From: Utricularia gibba
Lineage: Eukaryota; Plantae; Magnoliophyta
DNA length: 64,000 nt
Assembly (NCBI GenBank): GCA_002189035.1
Contig: NEEC01000002.1
Coordinates: forward strand, 6,758,001-6,822,000
Direction of reading: 5' to 3'
Shown here: piece by piece, positions 33,501 through 45,500 of the stretch
Position numbering within the stretch: the stretch's first letter is position 1
Layout: each line of letters begins with the position of its first letter
Program-made: the position numbers and the translations under genes
Notes under the pieces: model-generated
Databases searched by the model: none
What the model was told of the DNA's origin: nothing
Seen by the model: the letters and a program-made list of their open reading frames with translations, nothing else

Positions 33501-36500
33501 TTATATTAGCCTTCAGATGTGCAACGAAGTGGCCACCACATTCGCGAAAATGTGACTCGGGACACCTGACTCGATGCGAATGTGATTTTTGACATGCAAG
33601 ACGTATGTATTTCATGGGACGATGTGAAATTTGGGATTTCGAGATGATCATTTAAGGGTGTGTCCCTAGCCACCACCTCATGGTGGCCTCGTGCACTCTT
33701 CGGTATCGAGTGGATATCTTGCGAACGGTGATGAGTCATGTTGCACATATCATACCGTTTCGAAGCTCGTTCCGAGCCGTCTTTTTCGTGTGGAGAACTT
33801 GTTCGTCCGAGGCTGCACAAATGCTCGAAAGATTGCCTTATATTAGCTTCAGATGTGCAACGAAGTGGCCACCACATTCGCGAAAGTGTGACTCGGGACA
33901 CCTGACTCGATGCGAATGTGATTTTTGACATGCAAGACGTATGTATTTATGGGACGATGTGAAATTTTGGATTTCGAGATGATCATTTAAGATGCCATGG
34001 TGTGTGGCTAGCCACAACCTCATGGTGGCCTCGTGCACTCTTCGGTATCGAGTGGATATCTTGCGAACGGTGATGAGTCATGTTGCACATATCATACCGT
34101 TTCGAAGCTCGTTCCGAGCCGGTCTTCTTTCGTGTTGAGAACTTGTTCGTCCGAGGCTGCACAAATGCTCGAAAGATTGCCTTATATTAGCCTTCAGATG
34201 TGCAACGAAGTGGCCACCACATTCGCGAAAATGTGACTCGGGACACCTGACTCGATGCGAATGTGATTTTTGACATGCAAGACGTATGTATTTCATGTGA
34301 CGATGTGAAATTTCGGATTTCGAGATGATCATTTAAGATGCCATGGGTGTGTGGCTAGCCACAACCTCATGGTGGCCTCGTGCACTCTTCGGTATCGAGT
34401 GGATATCTTGCGAACGGTGATGAGTCATGTTGCACATAGCATACCGTTTCGAAGCTCGTTCCGAGCCGGTCTTCTTTCGTGTTGAGAACTTGTTTGTCCG
34501 AGGAGGCACAAATGCTCGAAATAGCCTTATATAAGCTTAAGATGTGCAACGAAGTGGCCACCACATTCGCGAAAATGTGACTCGGGACACCTGACTCGAT
34601 GCGAATGTGATTTTTGACATGCAAGACGTATGTATTTCATGGGACGATGTGAAATTTGGATTTCGAGATGATCATTTAAGATGCCATGGGTGTGTGGCTA
34701 GCCACAACTCATGGTGGCCTCGTGCACTGTTCGGTATTGAGTGGATATCTTGCAAATGGTGATGAGTCATGTTGCACATAGCATACCGTTTCGAAGCTCG
34801 TTCCGAGCCGGTCTTCTTTCGTGTTGAGAACTTGTTTGTCCGAGGAGGCACAAATGCTCGAAAGATGCCTTATATAGCTTCAGATGTGCAACGAAGTGGC
34901 CACCACATTCGCGAAAATGTGACTCGGGACACCTGACTCGATGCGAATGTGATTTTTGACATGCAAGACGTATGTATTTCATGGGACGATGTGAAATTTT
35001 GATTTCGAGATGATCATTTAAGGGTGTGTCCCTAGCCACAACCTCATGTGGCCTCGTGCACTCTTCGGTATCGAGTGGATATCTTGCGAACGGTGATGAG
35101 TCATGTTGCACATATCGTACCGTTTCGAAGCTCGTTCCGAGCCGGTCTTCTTTCGTGTTAGAACTTGTTCGTCCGAGGCTGCACAAATGCTCGAAATATT
35201 GCCTTATATTAGCCTTCAGATGTGCAACGAAGTGGCCACCACATTCGCGAAAATGTGATTCGGGACACCTGACTCGATGCGAATGTGATTTTTGACATGC
35301 AAGACGTATGTATTTCATGGACGATGTGAAATTTGGGATTTCGAGATGATCATTTAAGGGTATGTCCCTAGCCACCACCTCATGGGGCCTCGTGCACTCT
35401 TCGGTATCCAGTGGATATCTTGCGAACGGTGATGAGTCATGTTGCACATATCATACCGTTTCGAAGCTCGTTCCGAGCCAGTCTTTTTTCGTGTGGAGAA
35501 CTTGTTCGTCCGAGGCTGCACAAATGCTCGAAAGATTGCCTTATATTAGCCTTCAGATGTGCAACGAAGTGGCCACACATTCGCGAAAATGTGACTCGGG
35601 ACACCTGACTCGATGCGAATGTGATTTTTGACATGCAAGACGTATGTATTTCATGGACGATGTGAAATTTCGGATTTCGAGATGATCATTTAAGATGCCA
35701 TGGGTGTGTGGCTAGCCACAACCTCATGGTGGCCTCGTGCACTGTTCGGTATGAGTGGATATCTTGCAAATGGTGATGAGTCATGTTGCACATAGCATAC
35801 CGTTTCGAAGCTCGTTCCGAGCCAGTCTTCTTTCGTGTTGAGAACTTGTTTGTCCGAGGAGCACAAATGCTCGAAGATAGCCTTATATAAGCTTAAGATG
35901 TGCAACGAAGTGGCCAGCACATTCGCGAAAATGTGACTCGGGACACCTGACTCGATGCGAATGTGATTTTTGACATGCAAGACGTATGTATTTCATGGGA
36001 CGATGTGAAATTTGGATTTCGAGATGATCATTTAAGATGCCATGAGCCACAACTCATGGTGGCCTCGTGCACTGTTCGGTATTGAGTGGATATCTTGCAA
36101 ACGGTGATGAGTCATGTTGCACATAGCATACCGTTTCGAAGCTCGTTCCGAGCCGGTCTTCTTTCGTGTTGAGAACTTGTTTGTCCGAGGAGGCACAAAT
36201 GCTCGAAAGATAGCCTTATATAAGGCTTAGATGTGCAACGAAGTGGCCACCACATTCGCGAAAATGTGACTCGGGACACCTGACTCGATGCGAATGTGAT
36301 TTTTGACATGCAAGACGTATGTATTTCATGGGACGATGTGAAATTTGGGATTTCGAGATGATCATTTAAGATGCCATGGGTGTGTGGCTAGCCACAACTT
36401 CATGGTGGCCTCGTGCACTGTTCGGTATTGAGTGGATATCTTGCAAATGGTGATGAGTCATGTTGCACATAGCATACCGTTTCGAAGCTCGTTCCGAGCC

Positions 36501-39500
36501 GGTCTTCTTTCGTGTTGAGAACTTGTTTGTCCGAGGAGCACAAATGCTCGAAAGATAGCCTTATATAAGGCTTAAGATGTGCAACGAAGTGGCCACCACA
36601 TTCGCGAAAATGTGACTCGGGACACCTGACTCGATGCGAATGTGATTTTTGACATGCAAGACGTATGTATTTCATGGGACGATGTGAAATTTTGGAGATG
36701 TTCGACGAATCGTGGCCAACCACATTAGCGAAACCACCTCACTGGTGGACCTCACCTGACACTCTTCGGTGCGATCGATGTGATATTTTCTGCAAGAACA
36801 AGACGTCATGTATATCATGGGACGTGTGAAATAGCTCGTTGGAGCCGGTCTTCTTTCGTGTTGAGAACTTGTTCGTCCGAGGCTGCACAAATGCTCGGGT
36901 GTGTGCCTTACTATTGGAGGCTCAGTGATGTGCAACGAAGTCGGCCACCACGGATATCTTGCGAACGGTGATGAGTCATGTTGCACATATCATACCGTTT
37001 CGAAGCTCGTTCCGAGCCGGTCTTCTTTCGTGTTGAGAACTTGTTCGTCCGAGGCTGCACAAATGCTCGAAAGATTGCCTTATTAGCTTCAGATGTGCAA
37101 CGAAGTGGCCACCACATTCGCGAAATGTGACTCGGGATGACTCGATGCGAATGTGATTTTTGACATGCAAGACGTATGTATTTCATGGACGATGTGAAAT
37201 TTCGGATTTCGAGATGATCATTTATTTGTGTGAGCGGTGGCCTCGTGCACTCTTCGGTATCGAGTGGATATCTTGCGAACGGTGATGAGTCATGTTGCAC
37301 ATATCATACCGTTTCGAAGCTCGTTCCGAGCCGGTCTTCTTTCGTGTTGAGAACTTGTTCGTCCGAGCTGCACAAATGCTCGAAAGATTGCCTTATATTA
37401 GCCTTCAGATGTGCAACGAAGTGGCCACCACATTCGCGAAAATGTGACTCGGGACACCTGACTCGATGCGAATGTGATTTTTGACATGCAAGACGTATGT
37501 ATTTCATGGGACGATGTGAAATTTTGGAGATGATCATCGCCAGGTGGCCTCGTGCACTCTTCGGTATCGAGTGGATATCTTGCGAACGGTGATGAGTCAT
37601 GTTGCACATATCATACCGTTTCGAAGCTCGTTCCGAGCCGGTCTTCTTTCGTGTTGAGAACTTGTTCGTCCGAGGCTGCACAAATGCTCGAAAGATTGCC
37701 TTATATTAGCCTTCAGATGTGCAACGAAGTGGCCACCACATTCGCGAAATGTGACTCGGGACACCTGACTCGATGCGAATGTGATTTTTGACATGCAAGA
37801 CGTATGTATTTCATGGGACGATGTGAAATTTTGGATGATTCGAGATGATCATTTAAGGGTGTGTCCCTAGCCACCACCTCATGGTGGCCTCGTGCACTCT
37901 TCGGTATCGAGTGGATATCTTGCGAACGGTGATGAGTCATGTTGCACATATCATACCGTTTCGAAGCTCGTTCCGAGCCGGTCTTCTTTCGTGTTGAGAA
38001 CTTGTTCGTCCGAGGCTGCACAAATGCTCGAAAGATTGCCTTATATTAGCCTTCAGATGTGCAACGAAGTGGCCACCACATTCGCGAAAATGTGACTCGG
38101 GACACCTGACTCGATGCGAATGTGATTTTTGACATGCAAGACGTATGTATTTCATGGGACGATGTGAAATTTTGGATTTCGAGATGATCATTTAAGATGG
38201 GTGTGTCCCTAGCCACACCTCATGGTGGCCTCGTGCACTCTTCGGTATCGAGTGGATATCTTGCGAACGGTGATGAGTCATGTTGCACATATCATACCGT
38301 TTCGAAGCTCGTTCCGAGCCGGTCTTCTTTCGTGTTGAGAACTTGTTCGTCCGAGGCTGCACAAATGCTCGAAAGATTGCCTTATATTAGCCTTCAGATG
38401 TGCAACGAAGTGGCCACCACATTCGCGAAATGTGACTCGGGACACCTGACTCGATGCGAATGTGATTTTTGACATGCAAGACGTATGTATTTCATGGGAC
38501 GATGTGAAATTTTGGATTTCGAGATGATCATTTAAGGGTGTGTCCCTAGCCACCACCTCATGGTGGCCTCGTGCACTCTTCGGTATCGAGTGGATATCTT
38601 GCGAACGGTGATGAGTCATGTTGCACATATCATACCGTTTCGAAGCTCGTTCCGAGCCGGTCTTCTTTCGTGTTGAGAACTTGTTCGTCCGAGGCTGCAC
38701 AAATGCTCGAAAGATTGCCTTATATTAGCCTTCAGATGTGCAACGAAGTGGCCACCACATTCGCGAAAATGTGACTCGGGACACCTGACTCGATGCGAAT
38801 GTGATTTTTGACATGCAAGACGTATGTATTTCATGGGACGATGTGAAATTTGGATTTCGAGATGATCATTTAAGGGTGTGTCCCTAGCCACCACCTCATG
38901 GTGGCCTCGTGCACTCTTCGGTATCGAGTGGATATCTTGCGAACGGTGATGAGTCATGTTGCACATATCATACCGTTTCGAAGCTCGTTCCGAGCCGGTC
39001 TTCTTTCGTGTTGAGAACTTGTTCGTCCGAGGCTGCACAAATGCTCGAAAGATTGCCTTATATTAGCCTTCAGATGTGCAACGAAGTGGCCACCACATTC
39101 GCGAAAATGTGACTCGGGACACCTGACTCGATGCGAATGTGATTTTTGACATGCAAGACGTATGTATTTCATGGGACGATGTGAAATTTTGGATTTCGAG
39201 ATGATCATTTAAGGGTGTGTCCCTAGCCATCATGGTGGCCTCGTGCACTCTTCGGTATCGAGTGGATATCTTGCGAACGGTGATGAGTCATGTTGCACAT
39301 ATCATACCGTTTCGAAGCTCGTTCCGAGCCGGTCTTCTTTCGTGTTGAGAACTTGTTCGTCCGAGGCTGCACAAATGCTCGAAAGATTGCCTTATATTAG
39401 CCTTCAGATGTGCAACGAAGTGGCCACCACATTCGCGAAAATGTGACTCGGGACTCGATGCCATTATGGACCCCGAACGGTGACAGCATCGTCACATATC

Positions 39501-42500
39501 ATACGTTTCGAAGCTCGTTCCGAGCCGGTCTTCTTTCGTGTTGAGAACTTGTTCGTCCGAGGCTGCACAAATGCTCGAAAGATTGCCTTATATTAGCCTT
39601 CAGATGTGCAACGAAGTGGCCACCACATTCGCGAAAATGTGACTGGGACACCTGACTCGATGCGACATGCCGTGTACATCGATGCGAGATGATCATTTAA
39701 GGGTGTGTCCCTAGCCACACCTCATGGTGGCCTCGTGCACTCTTCGGTATCGAGCTTGCGAACGGTGATGAGTCGTGCACATATCATACCGTTTCGAAGC
39801 TATCTTCTTTCGTGTTGAGTTGTTCGTCCGATGCATGCTCGAAAGATTGCGAGATGTGCGAAGTGGCGCGAGTGACATGACTCGATGCGACATGCATCAT
39901 ACCGAGATGATCATTTAAGGGTGTGTGTCCCTCGTTCTTCGGTATCGCCGAACGGTCATGTTGCTATCATCCGTGTCGTGAGCCGGTCTTCTTTCGTGCT
40001 TGTTCGTCCGAGGCTGCACAAATGCTCGAAAGATTGCCTTATATTAGCCTTCAGATGTGCAACGAAGTGGCCACCACATTCGCGAAATGTGACTCGGGAC
40101 ACCTGACTCGATGCGAATGTGAGACATCAAGACGTATGTATTTCATGGGACGATGTGAAATTTTGGATTTCGAGATGATCATCCTAGCCATCATGGTGGC
40201 GAATCGAGTGGATATCTTTGATGAGTCATGTTGCACAGTTTCGAAGCTCGTTCCGTCTTCTTTCGTGTTGAGAACTTGTTCGTCCGAGGCTGCACAAATG
40301 CTCGAAAGATTGCCTTATATTAGAGATGTGCAACGAAGTTTCGCGAAAATGTGACTCGTGACTCGATGCGAATGTGATTTTTGACATTATGTATTTCATG
40401 GGACGATGTGAAATTTTGGATTTCGAGATGATCATTTAAGGGTGTGTCCCTAGCCACACCTCATGGTGGCCTCGTGCACTCTTCGGTATCGAGTGGATAT
40501 CTTGCGAACGGTGATGAGTCATGTTGCACATATCATACCGTTTCGAAGCTCGTTCCGAGCCGGTCTTCTTTCGTGTTGAGAACTTGTTCGTCCGAGGCTG
40601 CACAAATGCTCGAAAGATTGCCTTATATTAGCCTTCAGATGTTGGCGCGAAAGTGACTCGGGACACCTGACTCGATGCGAATGTGATTTTTGACATGCAA
40701 GACGTATGTATTTCATGGGACGATGTGAAATTTTGGATTTCGAGATGATCATTTAAGGTGTGTCCCTAGCCACGGTGGCCTCGTGCACTCTTCGGTATCG
40801 AGTGGATATCTTGCATGAGTCATGTTGCACGTTTCGAAGCTCGTTCCGAGCCGGTCTTCTTTCGTGTTGAGAACTTGTTCGTCCGATGCTCGAAAGATTG
40901 CCTTATATTAGCCTTCAGATGTGCAACGAAGTGGCCACCACATTCGCGAAAATGTGACTCGGGACACCTGACTCGATGCGAATGTGATTTTTGACATGCA
41001 AGACGTATGTATTTCATGGGACGATGTGAAATTTTGGATTTCGAGATGATCATTTAAGGGTGTGTCCCTAGCCACCACCTCATGGTGGCCTCGTGCACTC
41101 TTCGGTATCGAGTGGATATCTTGCGAACGGTGATGAGTCATGTTGCACATATCATACCGTTTCGAAGCTCGTTCCGAGCCGGTCTTCTTTCGTGTTGAGA
41201 ACTTGTTCGTCCGAGCTGCACAAATGCTCGAAAGATTGCCTTATATTAGCCTTCAGATGTGCAACGAAGTGGCCACCACATTCGCGAAAATGTGACTCGG
41301 GACACCTGACTCGATGCGAATGTGATTTTTGACATGCAAGACGTATGTATTTCATGGGACGATGTGAAATTTTGGATTTCGAGATGATCATTTAAGGGTG
41401 TGTCCCTAGCCACACCTCATGGTGGCCTCGTGCACTCTTCGGTATCGAGTGGATATCTTGCGAACGGTGATGAGTCATGTTGCACATATCACCGTAAGTG
41501 TTCACGCTTGCCGAGATGTGCAACGAAGTGGCCACCACATTCGCGAAAATGTGACTCGGGACACCTGACTCGATGCGAATGTGATTTTTGACATGCAAGA
41601 CGTATGTATTTCATGGGACGATGTGAAATTTTGGATTTCGAGATGATCATTTAAGGGTGTGTCCCTAGCCACCAGCTCGTGCACATCGCTTGCGGTCATG
41701 TTGCGACATATCATACCGATCGTGAGAGAACTTGTTCGTCCGAGGCTGCACAAATGCTCGAAAGATTGCCTTATATTAGCCTTCAGATGTGCAACGAAGT
41801 GGCCACCACATTCGCGAAAATGTGACTCGGGACACCTGACTCGATGCGAATGTGATTTTTGACATGCAAGACGTATGTATTTCATGGGACGATGTGAAAT
41901 TTTGGATTTCGAGATGATCATTTAAGGGTGTGTCCCTAGCCACCACCTCATGGTGGCCTCGTGCACTCTTCGGTATCGAGTGGATATCTTGCGAACGGTG
42001 ATGAGTCATGTTGCACATATCATACCGTTTCGAAGCTCGTTCCGAGCCGGTCTTCTTTCGTGTTGAGAACTTGTTCGTCCGAGCTGCACAAATGCTCGAA
42101 AGATTGCCTTATATTAGCCTTCAGATGTGCAACGAAGTGGCCACCACATTCGCGAAAATGTGACTCGGGACACCTGACTCGATGCGAATGTGATTTTTGA
42201 CATGCAAGACGTATGTATTTCATGGGACGATGTGAAATTTTGGATTTCGAGATGATCATTTAAGGGTGTGTCCCTAGCCACCACCTCATGGTGGCCTCGT
42301 GCACTCTTCGGTATCGAGTGGATATCTTGCGAACGGTGATGAGTCATGTTGCACATATCATACCGTTTCGAAGCTCGTTCCGAGCCGGTCTTCTTTCGTG
42401 TTGAGAACTTGTTCGTCCGAGGCTGCACAAATGCTCGAAAGATTGCCTTATATTAGCCTTCAGATGTGCAACGAAGTGGCCACCACATTCGCGAAAATGT

Positions 42501-45500
42501 GACTCGGGACACCTGACTCGATGCGAATGTGATTTTTGACATGCAAGACGTATGTATTTCATGGGACGATGTGAAATTTTGGATTTCGAGATGATCATTT
42601 AAGGGTGTGTCCCTAGCCACCACCTCATGGTGGCCTCGTGCACTCTTCGGTATCGAGTGGATATCTTGCGAACGGTGATGAGTCATGTTGCACATATCAT
42701 ACCGTTTCGAAGCTCGTTCCGAGCCGGTCTTCTTTCGTGTTGAGAACTTGTTCGTCCGAGGCTGCACAAATGCTCGAAAGATTGCCTTATATTAGCCTTC
42801 AGATGTGCAACGAAGTGGCCACCACATTCGCGAAAATGTGACTCGGGACACCTGACTCGATGCGAATGTGATTTTTGACATGCAAGACGTATGTATTTCA
42901 TGGGACGATGTGAAATTTTGGATTTCGAGATGATCATTTAAGGGTGTGTCCCTAGCCACCACCTCATGGCCTCGTGCACTCTTCGGTATCGAGTGGATAT
43001 CTTGCGAACGGTGATGAGTCATGTTGCACATATCATACCGTTTCGAAGCTCGTTCCGAGCCGGTCTTCTTTCGTGTTGAGAACTTGTTCGTCCGAGGCTG
43101 CACAAATGCTCGAAAGATTGCCTTATATTAGCCTTCAGATGTGCAACGAAGTGGCCACCACATTCGCGAAAATGTGACTCGGGACACCTGACTCGATGCG
43201 AATGTGATTTTTGACATGCAAGACGTATGTATTTCATGGGACGATGTGAAATTTTGGATTTCGAGATGATCATTTAAGGGTGTGTCCCTAGCCACCCTCA
43301 TGGTGGCCTCGTGCACTCTTCGGTATCGAGTGGATATCTTGCGAACGGTGATGAGTCATGTTGCACATATCATACCGTTTCGAAGCTCGTTCCGAGCCGG
43401 TCTTCTTTCGTGTTGAGAACTTGTTCGTCCTGCAGCTCGAAAGATTGCCTGCCTTCATGTGCAACGAAGTGGCCACCACATTCGAAATGTGACTTGACTC
43501 GATGCGAATGTGATTTTTGACATTATGTATTTCATGGGACGATGTGAAATTTTGGATTTCGAGATGATCATTTAAGGGTGTGTCCCTAACGAAGAGTGGC
43601 CACCACGTTCGAAAAGAACTTGTTCGTCCGAGGCTGCACAAATGCTCGAAAGATTGCCTTATATTAGCCTTCAGATGTGCAACGAAGTGGCCACCACATG
43701 TGACTTGACTCGATGCGAATGTGATTTTTGACATGCAAGACGTATGTATTTCATGGGACGATGTGAAATTTTGGATTTCGAGATGATCATTTAAGGGTGT
43801 GTCCCTAGCCACACCTCATGGTGGCCTCGTGCACTCTTCGGTATCGAGTGGATATCTTGCGAACGGTGATGAGTCATGTTGCACATATCATACCGTTTCG
43901 AAGCTCGTTCCGAGCCGGTCTTCTTTCGTGTTGAGAACTTGTTCGTCCGAGGCTGCACAAATGCTCGAAAGATTGCCTTATATTAGCCTTCAGATGTGCA
44001 ACGAAGTGGCCACCACATTCGCGAAAATGTGACTCGGGACACCTGACTCGATGCGAATGTGATTTTTGACATGCAAGACGTATGTATTTCATGGGACGAT
44101 GTGAAATTTTGGATTTCGAGATGATCATTTAAGGGTGTCCCTAGCCACCCTCATGGTGGCCTCGTGCACTCTTCGGTATCGAGTGGATATCTTGCGAACG
44201 GTGATGAGTCATGTTGCACATATCATACCGTTTCGAAGCTCGTTCCGAGCCGGTCTTCTTTCGTGTTGAGAACTTGTTCGTCCGAGGCTGCACAAATGCT
44301 CGAAAGATTGCCTTATATTAGCCTTCAGATGTGCAACGAAGTGGCCACCACATTCGCGAAATGTGACTCGGGACACCTGACTCGATGCGAATGTGATTTT
44401 TGACATGCAAGACGTATGTATTTCATGGACGATGTGAAATTTGGATTTCGAGATGATCATTTAAGGGTGTGTCCTAGCCACAGGTTCGTGCACTCTTCGA
44501 TCGAGTGGATATCTTGTCATGTTGCAGTTTCGAAGCTCGTGAGAGAACTTGTTCGTCCGAGGCTGCACAAATGCTCGAAAGATTGCCTTATATTAGCCTT
44601 CAGATGTGCAACGAAGTGGCCACCACATTCGCGAAATGTGACTCGGGACACCTGACTCGATGCGAATGTGATTTTTGACATGCAAGACGTATGTATTTCA
44701 TGGGACGATGTGAAATTTGGATTTCGAGATGATCATTTAAGGGTGTGTCCCTAGCCACACCTCATGGTGGCCTCGTGCACTCTTCGGTATCGAGTGGATA
44801 TCTTGCGAACGGTGATGAGTCATGTTGCACATATCATACCGTTTCGAAGCTCGTTCCGAGCCGGTCTTCTTTCGTGTTGAGAACTTGTTCGTCCGAGCTG
44901 CACAAATGCTCGAAAGATTGCCTTATATTAGCCTTCAGATGTGCAACGAAGTGGCCACCACATTCGCGAAAATGTGACTCGGGACACCTGACTCGATGCG
45001 AATGTGATTTTTGACATGCAAGACGTATGTATTTCATGGGACGATGTGAAATTTTGGATTTCGAGATGATCATTTAAGGGTGTGTCCCTAGCCACCACCT
45101 CATGGTGGCCTCGTGCACTCTTCGGTATCGAGTGGATATCTTGCGAACGGTGATGAGTCATGTTGCACATATCATACCGTTTCGAAGCTCGTTCCGAGCC
45201 GGTCTTCTTTCGTGTTGAGAACTTGTTCGTCCGAGGCTGCACAAATGCTCGAAAGATTGCCTTATATTAGCCTTCAGATGTGCAACGAAGTGGCCACCAC
45301 ATTCGCGAAAATGTGACTCGGGACACCTGACTCGATGCGAATGTGATTTTTGACATGCAAGACGTATGTATTTCATGGGACGATGTGAAATTTTGGATTT
45401 CGAGATGATCATTTAAGGGTGTGTCCCTAGCCACACCTCATGGTGGCCTCGTGCACTCTTCGGTATCGAGTGGATATCTTGCGAACGGTGATGAGTCATG

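Noticed and set aside
42345-42420. 5S rRNA-like words in the monomer (GTTGCAC, ATCATACC, CCGG, AGAACT)
   Set aside because: Only scattered 4-8 nt matches with wrong spacing; no continuous ~120-nt 5S gene or internal promoter boxes.
42264-42602. CENP-B box in the satellite
   Set aside because: None of the TTCG words fits TTCGnnnnAnnCGGG on either strand.
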